In this document: positions 52,268-62,024 of the stretch, piece after piece
Layout: each line of letters begins with the position of its first letter
How positions within the stretch are numbered: the first letter of the stretch is position 1
Assembly: GCA_963771075.1 (NCBI GenBank)
Contig: CAVYSE010000003.1
Span: 256,001-320,000 of the forward strand
DNA: 64,000 nucleotides
Direction: 5' to 3'
Origin: a candidate division FCPU426 bacterium
Lineage (GTDB): Bacteria > Oederibacteriota > Muellerivitia > Muellerivitales > Muellerivitaceae
The notes under the pieces: generated by a model
Told to the model about the DNA's origin: nothing
What the model saw: only the letters and a program-made list of their open reading frames with translations
The model's database searches: none
Translations under genes and position numbers: made by a program

Positions 52268-52543
52268 TCAGGACAAAACGGCTTCTTTTAAATCTTTCAA
52301 AACCCTGAACTTTACGACTTTTTTCGCGGGTACTTGAACCATTTCGCCGGTCCGTGGATTACGAGCGGTCCGGGCCTTACGGTCCTTCAATTGAAACACT
52401 CCCAATCCATCCAATTTGATTTTGTATTCGGTTTTCAGTGTTTTATAGATGGTGTTCCGAAGGGCTTGCATCACATTATCAACGTCTTTTTTCTTTAAAC
52501 CAGTATCAGTCGCCAAGGTTCCCAACAATTCGCTTTTGGTCAA
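52268..52543 (-). CDS. hup: Histone-like DNA-binding protein HU
   Basis: MTKSEL, GLGVF, RKARTARNPRTGE, VKFR; GGAGG SD with TTG start. Confidence 0.93.
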   Translation of the reverse strand: MTKSELLGTLATDTGLKKKDVDNVMQALRNTIYKTLKTEYKIKLDGLGVFQLKDRKARTARNPRTGEMVQVPAKKVVKFRVLKDLKEAVLS

Positions 52544-52622
52544 CTTCCACCTCCTGGAATAGCGATTCCAATGTCATTTATATCAAGGAATTCGAGGTCT
52601 AGGCAAGGATTTTCTATGTTTT

Positions 52623-53246
52623 TCAACGGTTTTTTGATTTCCCGCTATCTTTAGGCCCCATTGAAAAGGAAATGTACCTTTGGAGGGTCCTAGGGCTCAC
52701 ATTCAGCAGGGCGGCCAACTGATGGCGAGTCATTCGTGTTTGGTCGAGAAGCATCTTGATAAATACCCGGTAAAAGGACTTCCGGGCCTTGGATAAGGTG
52801 TCTTTTTTGTCAAAGCTTTGTTTCGCGATAGTTTCCACCATGGGGGACAGATGGGTATAACCCCGCCCTTTCCTACGGTTTCCTGATAGGGAGGCTTTGA
52901 TTTTCCGGGTCAGGGCGGAATGTTCCATTTGGGTCCAAATAACGTCATCGAAGCCCATCTTCATGGCGGAAATCACGGAGGATAGGTCGGAGGTTTGAAA
53001 AAGTACGACTTTGACGCCATGGGGTTGAAGTAGGCATAACTTCTGAAAGTCCAATGGGCCAGAAGGCGCTATCGAATCCCACTGGATTAGAAGGAGGTCG
53101 TACCTGTTGGAGGCTAGCGACAGCCAGGCATCCTCAGCGTCCGATGAGGAGCGCAGGGTCCCGAGGGAATGGCAAACCATCTCGAGGGACTTTCTAAAAA
53201 GAGGTTCTGTCAGGAGTATAAAAATTTGTTTATTTTGATCTCCCAC
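52623..53246 (-). CDS. Degenerate receiver domain + Fis-type HTH
   Basis: YDLLLIQ, SAMKMGFDD receiver pattern; TRHQLAALLNVSPRTLQRY HTH. Confidence 0.65.
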   Translation of the reverse strand: MGDQNKQIFILLTEPLFRKSLEMVCHSLGTLRSSSDAEDAWLSLASNRYDLLLIQWDSIAPSGPLDFQKLCLLQPHGVKVVLFQTSDLSSVISAMKMGFDDVIWTQMEHSALTRKIKASLSGNRRKGRGYTHLSPMVETIAKQSFDKKDTLSKARKSFYRVFIKMLLDQTRMTRHQLAALLNVSPRTLQRYISFSMGPKDSGKSKNR

Positions 53247-53383
53247 ACCATTCTCCCTGAGTTTTGGAACAAGTTATTTTATCGATTTGTGGGCTAGGGG
53301 TAACCAAAAATAGGGCAAGACGCCACCCTGTGCGGAAGGAACCTTGGATGGATGCTCAACCCAACAAAACGAACCAACTATCT

Positions 53384-54340
53384 TCAATTCGACGTTTCCC
53401 TTCCCAACTCCCGGCGCAGGGACGGATCCTCCAAGAGGCGGAAATAAAGGAAAAGATATTCACTGACCAAACCGCACCAGGAGCCGAAGGCCTTCCTCGC
53501 CCGCTTCACGAGGACCGGGTACTGGGCGGGGGTGGGGTTGACGCCCACCGGGCCCAGGAAACGCACCGAGGAGAAATACTTTTTTAGGGCCCTGAGGACC
53601 CACCGGTCCACCGGAAAGGCGGTGCCGTGGTCCAGGGAGAATAAAAGGACGCAGTCGGCGATCTTGGGACCGATTCCCTCCAGGGCCGTCAGGGCCATCC
53701 GGGCCTCATCGCAGGGGACGGTCCGCAGGTAGGGTAATGAGATCACCCCTGCCTCCAGGGAACGGGCCAATTTAATGATGCGTTCCGCCCGGGCCCGGTT
53801 ATTGTTTGCGAACGGCCTTAAATCCGCAGGAATGAGTTGGCTGACCAGTCCGGGCTCCGGAAAAGCGTGGAACCCGGGAACTTCTTCCATCTCCGATCCA
53901 AATCTCGCGCAAAACCGATCGAGCGCCTTTTGGATGACCTTAACGGAAAGGCTTTGGGCGAAAAGGTAGGATACCGCGCATTCCCAGGGTTCCTGGCGGA
54001 TAAGCCTTAAGCCCCTTAAAAGCCGGAGGGGTTTGGAAAGCACGGGATGATCCTGAAAGGCTTCCTCAAACCCGGCCAAGTCCTGTCGCAGGTTCAGATA
54101 ATCGGCGATCCAATCTCCCGCTTCGGTTTCCCGGACCCTGGGGGAGGAACATTCCCAATGGACCTTCGAACCCTCCTGTCGGACCCTCCAAAACGCGCCT
54201 CCCGCCACGCCCTCGAACCATCCGGGAAGTTCGGATTTTTTCCACCGGAAACATTGCCCGCATAAAAGCGTTAGGCCCAGGTCAAAGGATCCGTTCGGCT
54301 GGAGAACTCCCCGGGCGGGGAGGGAAAAAACCAAGGTCAT
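53384..54340 (-). CDS. 8-oxoguanine DNA glycosylase (OGG1-like HhH-GPD)
   Basis: TLLCGQCFRW, GLRLIRQEPWE, GIGPKIADC, FPVD. Confidence 0.9.
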   Translation of the reverse strand: MTLVFSLPARGVLQPNGSFDLGLTLLCGQCFRWKKSELPGWFEGVAGGAFWRVRQEGSKVHWECSSPRVRETEAGDWIADYLNLRQDLAGFEEAFQDHPVLSKPLRLLRGLRLIRQEPWECAVSYLFAQSLSVKVIQKALDRFCARFGSEMEEVPGFHAFPEPGLVSQLIPADLRPFANNNRARAERIIKLARSLEAGVISLPYLRTVPCDEARMALTALEGIGPKIADCVLLFSLDHGTAFPVDRWVLRALKKYFSSVRFLGPVGVNPTPAQYPVLVKRARKAFGSWCGLVSEYLFLYFRLLEDPSLRRELGRETSN

Positions 54341-54344
54341 CGCC

Positions 54345-54668
54345 TCACTTGAAGATTTTTCGGTAAAGCCAGGCCGTCAAAACGATCGGCAGGGGCAGGA
54401 TAATGGCCTTGGCGTTCCATTGGTTTAAGCCAAGGAAAACAACCTGGTTCAGGAGAAATAAAACCGAGTAACCCCAAAGCGCCCAGCGCTTGAGGAACCA
54501 AAGCCCGCCCAGGAAAAAGGCCGAGGCGGCGGTGGCCAGGGAAAGATAACCGGGAAACCAATAGGCGTATGATCTCATGACGGGAGAGATCACCAGCATC
54601 ATGTTCAGGAACACGCCCACCAGGCCTAGAAGAATAAGAAGGGATAGAAAGGCGGGGCGGGAACTCAC
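54345..54668 (-). CDS. Small multi-TM hypothetical protein
   Basis: Hydrophobic ORF in operon context, AAGGA upstream. Confidence 0.65.
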   Translation of the reverse strand: MSSRPAFLSLLILLGLVGVFLNMMLVISPVMRSYAYWFPGYLSLATAASAFFLGGLWFLKRWALWGYSVLFLLNQVVFLGLNQWNAKAIILPLPIVLTAWLYRKIFK

Positions 54669-54755
54669 AGTTTTTTTCCTTTAACGGATTGGGGATGACT
54701 GACCAGCGAAACGAAGCTTTTCCCAACAACCCCCGGACCGGCCAAGAAAAACGAT

Positions 54756-54953
54756 CTATTTCGGGGCGGGTTTCCGGCGGGGTTTCCGGCGCCTTTCCTT
54801 CTTGCGGCGGGGGTCTTTCAAGGAACGGGGTTTCTCCCCGGCGGACCCCATCCACCTGCGGTCCTCATTTCGCCGGTCGCTCGTCTTTCGCTTGTCCGCT
54901 GGGGGAGCTCCCTTTCCGGCCAAACGATCCAAAAAGTTTTTCCACCAACCCAT
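54756..54953 (-). CDS. Small basic protein (65 aa) with DRR/ERR repeats
   Basis: AGGGAGG SD; MGWWKNFLDRL...DKRKTSDRRNEDRR...ERRRKPRRK. Confidence 0.6.
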   Translation of the reverse strand: MGWWKNFLDRLAGKGAPPADKRKTSDRRNEDRRWMGSAGEKPRSLKDPRRKKERRRKPRRKPAPK

Positions 54954-54984
54954 GTGAGCCTCCCTTGTGAATTCCGCCTTCGAT

Positions 54985-55734
54985 TTACCTAAATGTCCCA
55001 TCCAGGGGAAGTACATTTTTCGTCATTCCGTTACCTTCCAGAAGGATGCGCAGTCGCTTGACCTCCTGCCGGGCACGGACCGCGGTCCCTAAGGCACCCA
55101 AGGCCACCATCAGGATCAGGATGAGAAACCCGATCAACCAGTCCGTTTGGCTGTCATTTCCGCTTTCGGTCCGATTCACCTCGTTTTGAAGGGCCTGGAT
55201 CTTGGCCAGGGTTTCATCCACTTTTTTTTCGGTATTCACCTGGGAAGCCGTTAGTTCGTGGTATTGATCCGAGGCATTGCGGCCCATCAGGGACAAGATG
55301 GTCTCCACGCGGCTTTCCAACCCGTTGTCCACCGGCGGAGGGACCTTCACCGGCGCGGGGGCAGGCCGAGTTCTCTTCTTTACGACGCGGGGCGCAGGCT
55401 TCGCGGCGGGAGGGGGAACGGAAAGGCTGATGACCGGCGCCGCTTCGGGTTGGGGTTGGGCCGTTCTTCCGGTACCGATCCAAATCTCGGTTTTGCGGTT
55501 TTGTTCTTTTTCCTTTATTAAAACCACCAATAAATCCGATGCTTTCTTGTTTTTCGAGTCGATTTGCAGGGCTTGGCTGTCGAGGAGGATGGCCTGGTCA
55601 AAGTCTCCTTGCAGATAGGCTTGGAGAGCCCCCTGATAGGCCTCGTTGGACATATCGCCATAGGGCGCATCGGCCCCCCAGTTCAGGACGGGTCCCAACC
55701 AAACCACCGCGCATAAGATAATCAATGAACGCAT
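54985..55734 (-). CDS. Exported TPR / Pro-rich / coiled-coil protein with C-terminal TM
   Basis: Signal peptide, YQGALQAYLQGDFDQA TPR-like, PAP linker, C-terminal hydrophobic helix. Confidence 0.7.
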   Translation of the reverse strand: MRSLIILCAVVWLGPVLNWGADAPYGDMSNEAYQGALQAYLQGDFDQAILLDSQALQIDSKNKKASDLLVVLIKEKEQNRKTEIWIGTGRTAQPQPEAAPVISLSVPPPAAKPAPRVVKKRTRPAPAPVKVPPPVDNGLESRVETILSLMGRNASDQYHELTASQVNTEKKVDETLAKIQALQNEVNRTESGNDSQTDWLIGFLILILMVALGALGTAVRARQEVKRLRILLEGNGMTKNVLPLDGTFR

Positions 55735-55769
55735 AGGACGCCTACCCCTCTTCCTTCTAAAATTCAGGT

Positions 55770-56612
55770 TCAATTCTCATTCAACATAATGAGGGCCCCA
55801 AAACGCCCGGTGGCCCGATCGGGGGAAGCCTCGGCCCGGTGGGAGTAAAAAAGGTCCATCCGCTTGATGGTGCACAGGCCCGCCCGGAGTATCTGTCCGG
55901 GGGTGACGCCCAATTCGAGGATTTGCCGGGCGTTCGCTTCCTCCAGGTCGAGTTTGTATTTTTCCTTGACCCCGGGAGCCAGGACCTCGCCCGCCCAGGG
56001 AAAGACCGATTGGAATGACTCCGCCACTTCCTTCCCCACCTCGTAACAACAGCCGCCGATGGCCGGGCCGAGCGCCACCTTCACATCCGAGGCGCGGGTC
56101 CCGAACTCCTCCCCCATCCGCAGGAGGGTCTTGGCCCCCACATGGTTGACAGTTCCCCGCCAGCCGGCGTGGGACAGGCCTACCGCCCGGTGCACCGGAT
56201 CATAAAAAAGGATCGGCATGCAGTCGGCCACCAGGATCATCAGGGGGACCCCGGGGACATCGGTGATCAGTCCGTCTCCCTCTCCCAATACACCGTCCAG
56301 GGGTATGCGCTCATCCCTCATGATACGCCGGATAATGTCCCCATGGACTTGATCCAAGGCGGCCGGGTGGGTACCCCGGATCCCCACGGCTTTCATCAAT
56401 AAATGGCGGTTTTCCTCCACCCGGATGGATTCATCCCCGACCTTAAAACTGAGGTTCAGCTCCTTCAACCTCCCCCGGCTCACTCCGCCCCGCCGGGTGG
56501 AAATGGCATGGGTCAATTGGGAAGGATCTCCCAAACCCGGAAAGGTCAGGAGAGAGACCCCGCCCTGGGTCGTTAAAAGGGTGTCAGCGCTTGGCTTGTC
56601 GGTTGTCGTCAC
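55770..56612 (-). CDS. pgeF: PgeF/YfiH family protein
   Basis: STRRGGVS, QVHG, DGLIT, ADCMPI, HAGWRG, GPAIG.CCYEV, FYSHR. Confidence 0.92.
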   Translation of the reverse strand: MTTTDKPSADTLLTTQGGVSLLTFPGLGDPSQLTHAISTRRGGVSRGRLKELNLSFKVGDESIRVEENRHLLMKAVGIRGTHPAALDQVHGDIIRRIMRDERIPLDGVLGEGDGLITDVPGVPLMILVADCMPILFYDPVHRAVGLSHAGWRGTVNHVGAKTLLRMGEEFGTRASDVKVALGPAIGGCCYEVGKEVAESFQSVFPWAGEVLAPGVKEKYKLDLEEANARQILELGVTPGQILRAGLCTIKRMDLFYSHRAEASPDRATGRFGALIMLNEN

Positions 56613-57975
56613 TTTTTTCCACCTTGTCCCGATAGGCTAAAATCCCGTCCGCGATGGACCGGGCGATCTTGTCTTGCCATTCCCCATTCCTCAATTTCTG
56701 TTCTTCCTTGGGATTACTGATAAAAGCGGTTTCCACGAGAATGGACGGCATATTCACATGGCAAAGCACATAGAACGGAGCGGTTTGGATACGCCGAATT
56801 TGCTGGCCCAGGTTCTTACGGATGTTTTTATCCACAAATTCCGCCAGGGTCCCGCTGTTCTCCCCGAACTTGTTATGCAGCATGTCGCTTTTGATGAAAT
56901 CCAAATAATCCCCTTTCCCGTTTTCCCGGGAGGCCTGGTAAGCGGCCCTTTGGTTGGAGGCCCGGGCGCCGTACTTGTAGGTTTCCGTACCGGTGGCCTT
57001 GGACCGGGGGTTGGAATTGCAATGGATGGATACGAAAAGGTCCGCATTGCGGCTGTTGGCGTACTCGGTGCGGTAATTGAGGGAAATGTAATAATCCCCG
57101 GTTCGGGTCAGGAACACGTCCAGGTCGGGATCCTTTTGAAGCAAGGCGACGACCTTTTTCGCGATCTCGAGGGTGGCTTGTTTTTCATAGTAGCGCCTGT
57201 CGAATCCGCTGGCGCCGTAATCCTTGCCGCCATGCCCCGGGTCGATGATGATCCGCCGGACATGGTACTGCTTGTTATCGGACACCCGCTGCGCTTCCAA
57301 TACGGAAGGAAGGGGGGCCCGCGCGATGGGCGCTTCGGCCTCCGGCGTTTCCTCCGCGACCGGCGTCGCTTCCGCCACCGCCAAAGGCGTCGAGGGGGAA
57401 ACGGGCGTCGCCTTGGCATTCATGATTTCCTGGCGTAGTTCCTGGGCATTCACTTCCCCGGCCACCAGGGTTTGCCGGTCCCAATCCCAACGGACATCCT
57501 GGTCCAGGAGGACGCTCAAGAGATCCTCCGCGGAAGCGGGTGGAAGTCCCACTTCCCCATTCACCGTCTCCGCGGGGTCCATGGGATAGGAATCCTCGTT
57601 TTGCATCACGAGAAAAAAGGGCTGGGAAAGAGCCAAGCGGACCCGGACGTCGCCTTTGGTCAGGGTGATCTTCCCGTCCAAATCATCCTTTTCGATCTCC
57701 ACTCCGTAATACCGGGCCGTTTCCCGCAAGGGAAGGTAGAGCTTGCCGTCGGCGGTTCTTAAGATCGAGACAATCCCCTGGCCCGGGCCCTGGGCGAAAC
57801 GCAGGGTCGCGGATTCCACGACCGGGGTTTGACCCCGGCCCAGGGACATCCCCCCCAAAAGGAAAACCAGGCCCAGCGAACCGGTTAGCCCTTTCCCGCC
57901 GCCAAAATGAAGCGGGCTCCCATGCGGCCGGTTCCTGTTCTTATTCGTGAAAAATATTGAAAACAATGGCTTCAT
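56584..57975 (-). CDS. N-acetylmuramoyl-L-alanine amidase (Amidase_3)
   Basis: IIIDPGHGGKD, EK, LFVSIHCN, PSILVETAFISN; start uncertain. Confidence 0.9.
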   Translation of the reverse strand: MKPLFSIFFTNKNRNRPHGSPLHFGGGKGLTGSLGLVFLLGGMSLGRGQTPVVESATLRFAQGPGQGIVSILRTADGKLYLPLRETARYYGVEIEKDDLDGKITLTKGDVRVRLALSQPFFLVMQNEDSYPMDPAETVNGEVGLPPASAEDLLSVLLDQDVRWDWDRQTLVAGEVNAQELRQEIMNAKATPVSPSTPLAVAEATPVAEETPEAEAPIARAPLPSVLEAQRVSDNKQYHVRRIIIDPGHGGKDYGASGFDRRYYEKQATLEIAKKVVALLQKDPDLDVFLTRTGDYYISLNYRTEYANSRNADLFVSIHCNSNPRSKATGTETYKYGARASNQRAAYQASRENGKGDYLDFIKSDMLHNKFGENSGTLAEFVDKNIRKNLGQQIRRIQTAPFYVLCHVNMPSILVETAFISNPKEEQKLRNGEWQDKIARSIADGILAYRDKVEKSDDNRQAKR

Positions 57976-58056
57976 CCTCGTCTTTTCTCGCCACCGTTCC
58001 CTGGTTTTGGGGCCGGGGTTCCAAACGACCTGGCGGTAAAAAATCCAAATCTCATT

Positions 58057-59312
58057 TTATTCGACATCCGGCGGCACTTCCTTGGCGGCCTTGTGCTTCG
58101 GGTAATGTTTGATCCGGAAAAACCAGCTATAGGCGTAGAGGTGACCTTCGGCGTCCTCCCCCCGGACCGACAGGATGTGCCCCCCGGATGTAAGTTTGTC
58201 CTTGGGTCGGTGCGTCAAAAGCCGGGTGGATGGATCATAGGTATAAAGAACGGGGTGGTTGTCGATCCCCATGTCCACGCTGGAAGGAACGACCGGGTCC
58301 AGGATCCTCACGCTCACGGATGGCTTGTGATCATCGATCAGTTGGCCGTCTCCGGGAAAGACATCCGCCAAGTGCAGGACATGGACGTTAAAAATTTCTT
58401 TAAAGGAAGGATGTTTGACGGGGTAAAGGATCAGGTTGCGGTGCAATTTCATCGGGTGAACCGTGCGGTCGTTGGGGCCGGGACAGACCCCGAAAGCCAG
58501 CTGGTAGCCCAGCTCCCGGGTTTTGGCGGCGATGGTCTCATTGTAATCGCCGTAAGGGTAGGCCAGCACGGTCGAGGCGTAATGGAAATGGTCCTGGATG
58601 AAGGTCAGCGGCGCGCTTAATTCCTCCGCGAGGAATTTCCCGTAATCTTCGGGCGAATAATTTTCCTGCTGTTTGCCCATGTGGGGATGGCTCTTGGTAT
58701 GGCTTTCCACCGTCCAGCCGTTCCTCACCATCTCCTGCAATTGGTCATAACGGAGGGCTCCCTTGGAATCCCCCCCTTCTGCCAGCCGACGAAGTCGGTA
58801 TAGGCGAACAACACCGCGGGGTAGTGGTACCTCTTCACCACGGGATAGGCTATTTCGTAAATGCTTTTGAAGCCGTCATCGAAGGTTAAAAGCACCGCCT
58901 TGGCGGGGAGGGGTTTCCCGTCAAACCAGTAGGCTTTCAACTGCTCGACCGAAATGGGCGTGATCCCGTGGTCCTTGAGGTACTTCATTTCCCAGGCGAA
59001 CTCCGTCACCGGCATGCAATAGCGGGAAAGGATTCCGCTGCCCGCGATGGGCGTCGGCACAAAACGGTGGTAGCAGAGGACCGTGAAACCGTTGTCGGGG
59101 GCGGGTGTGACCATCCCGGGCGGTTTCGCCGGGGCGGCGGGTGAGGCCGTGGCCCGGGCGGCAGCCCTCATCGGGGGAAGCGTAGGGGTCGGCGAGGGCC
59201 GCTCGGCCGTTTTTGCCTCCTGCGCGGCCCAAAGGGGGACGCACCCAAGGGCAAAAACCAGGCCGATCCCGGTCCTCCGCCAACCGACTCCGCGACTCCT
59301 CGCGCTATCCAT
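58057..59312 (-). CDS. Exported polysaccharide deacetylase (CE4) with C-terminal Ig-like domain (indel at C-run 58770-58776)
   Basis: LCYHRF, LTFDDG, ESHTKSH, AYPYG. Confidence 0.85.
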
Positions 59313-59342
59313 GTTCGCTTTCCTGTCCCCGATCCTTGCGGA

Positions 59343-60509
59343 TCAGTTATTGCTCAAGGTCTTATTTGCGTTCAACAGCCTTTTCCGCATGTAAGCCGGT
59401 ATCTCGTACTTGCTGTCGCCCGTCGCCGCGTAGGGCGCCTCCGAGTCCTCCGGCGTATGGGCCGAGGGCTTGTCCCCCTTGGGCTTGAATTCGGGGTTCA
59501 GGAACTCCTCGTAATTCAAGACCGTTTCCAGGGCCGCGTCCTGCTTCGAGGCCTCGAATCCGGTGGCGATGATGGTGACCCGCAGGCCGTCCTTCAGGTT
59601 CTCATCGCGCACGATCCCGGGGATGATCTCCGCGCCGGGCCGGGCGGATTTCTGGAGGTACCCGTTGATCTCGTTGAATTCCTTCAGGGTGAAGTTGACG
59701 CCCGCCGTGACCAGGACCAGCACCGCGTTGGCGCCGGCGATATCCACGTCCTCCAGGAGGGGGCTGTTGACGGCTTTTTGGACCGCCTTCATGGCCCGAT
59801 CCTCGCCCGTGGCGGCGCCCATGCCCATCAGGACCTTGCCCTTGGCGGTCAGGATCCGCTTCACGTCGGCGAAATCGCGGTTGATGATGCCTTCCGAGTG
59901 GATGATGCCCGAGATGCTCTGGATGGCCTGCACCAGGACCTCGTCCACCTTGGCGAAGGCCGAGACCAGGTCGATGTCCAGGTCGCAAACCGAATTGATG
60001 CGTTCGTTGGGGATGACCACGATGGCGTCCACGTGGGGCAGCATGGCCCGCAGGCCGTCTTCGGCCTGGGTCTTGCGCACCGGCCCCTCGTGCTCGAAGG
60101 GACGGCTGACGACCGCCACGGTGAGGATGCCCAATTTCTTGGCGATCTCCGCCACCACCGGCGCCGCGCCCGTTCCCGTTCCCCCGCCCATGCCGGCGGC
60201 CACGACGACCATGTCGGCCCCTTCCAGGGCCTTCTGGATCTCGTCGGTGGATTCCACGGCGGCTTCCTTGCCGATCGTGGGGTTTCCGCCCGAGCCCAGG
60301 CCCTTGGTCAGCGTCTTGCCCAGTTGGATTTTCTTGCCCGCCTTGCTACGGCGCAGGGACTTGTAGTCGGTGTTGGCCGCGATGCATTCCACACCCTCCA
60401 CCCCGCCTCCATCATCTTGTTGACGGCGTTGCATCCGCCGCCCCCGACCCCGATCACCTTTAATTGGGCCAGGTACTGCGTCACATCGTCTTCCGCGAAC
60501 TCATATCAT
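59343..60509 (-). CDS. ftsZ: Cell division protein FtsZ (indels near 60402 and 60503)
   Basis: KVIGVGGGGCNAVN, NTD, GMGGGTGTGAAP, INRDFADV, C-terminal EIPAYMRK. Confidence 0.95.
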
Positions 60510-60530
60510 CTTTTTCCCCCTCAATTAAAA

Positions 60531-60686
60531 TCAGCTATTAGCTGTTAGTTCTTAGCTGTTTGCTGCTAGCTTTTGCCAAAAGCCAATCGCTAATGGCCAA
60601 TAGCTTCTTTCTTTACAACTTCCAACTTCATCGCCTTTTGCTGTCGACTGTTGACTGCCGGCTGTCGCCTATTACTGTCGACCGTC
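60531..60686. repeat. Heptamer-periodic intergenic element between ftsA and ftsZ
   Basis: TAGCTNT-type and CTGTCGA-type heptads; part is an inverted copy of 37073-37113. Confidence 0.7.
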
Positions 60687-61942
60687 AAATGGAGTCCCCG
60701 AACCACTTTTTCATCCGGCCCAGGAGCCCCTTCACGTCCTGCCCTCCCGTGAAACCCTTGCCCTTCGCTTGGGTCCCGCTCTTTTGGTACGTTTGGAATC
60801 CCATCAACACCAGACCCACCGCCGTGGAATAAGCTGGGGTTGGAAACCACGTCGGTCAGGCCTCCCACCCGTTTGGGGGACCCGATCCGCACCGGGAGCT
60901 GGAGGATTTTTTCCGCCAGTTCCGCCGTTCCTTCCATCAGGGAGGACCCTCCGGTGATGACGGCCCCGGCGGGGATGCGGTCCTCGAACCCGTGTTTCTT
61001 CAGCTCCGAGGACACCAGTTCGAAGATCTCCTCCATGCGCGCCTCGATGATCTCGGAAAGCACCCGGCGGGGCATGCGCCGGTCCGCCCGCCCGCCCACG
61101 CCCGGCACGGTGATCTCCTCCTCTTCCTTGACCATGGAGGTGTAGGCGCATCCGTACTGGAGCTTGATGGCTTCCGCCTCGGTGTTGGGCGTCCGCAAGC
61201 CGACCGCCACGTCGCTCGTGACCAGCTGGCCGCCCAGGGTGATGATGCCGGTATGCCAGAGGGCCCCGTTGATGAAGACCGCGATGTCGGTGGTGCCCCC
61301 GCCGATATCCACCAGCACCACGCCCAGCTCCTTCTCGTCCTGCGAGAGGATGGCCTCGGCCGAGGCCAGGGGCTGGAGGATGATGTCCGACACCTGGAGG
61401 CCGGCCCGCTCCACGCTTCGCACGATGTTCTGCACGCTGGTGACCGCCCCGGTCACCACATGCACTTCCGCCTCCAGCCGGACTCCCGACATTCCCACGG
61501 GGTTCTTGATCCCGTCCTGGTCGTCCACCACGTACTCCTGGGGGATGACGTGGATGATCTCCCGGTCCATGGGGATGGCGATGGCCTGGGCGGCCTCGAT
61601 GACCCGCTCCCGATCCTCCTCGCTGATCTCCTTGTCCTTGCGGGCCACCGCGATGACCCCCCGGCTGTTCAGCCCCTTGATGTGCCCCCCGGCCACCCCC
61701 GCGAAGGCGGCGCTGACCTCGACGCCCGCCATGCGCTCGGCGTCCGTCACGGATTTCTTGATCGAGGCGATGGTCTGTTCGATATTCACCACCGAACCCT
61801 TCCGCAGGCCCGTGGAGGGGGTGGTGCCCACGCCGATGATGTGGACCTGCCCTTCCTCATCCTGTTCGCCGATGATGGTGCAAACCTTGGTCGTGCCCAG
61901 ATCCAAGCCCACCACGATGTCCTGCTTGATTTCCTTCGCCAT
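60685..61942 (-). CDS. ftsA: Cell division protein FtsA (indel near 60830)
   Basis: GLDLGTTK, DIGGGTTD, TGGSS; corrected C-terminus STAVGL...RMKKWFGDSI; AAGGAGG SD at 61942. Confidence 0.95.
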
Positions 61943-62024
61943 CTCCGCCTCCTTGAGTTGAGCCATTAGCTTTTAGCCTCAGGCCTCAAGCCGCGCCTAA
62001 AAGGCCGCGGCTAAACGCTAATTG

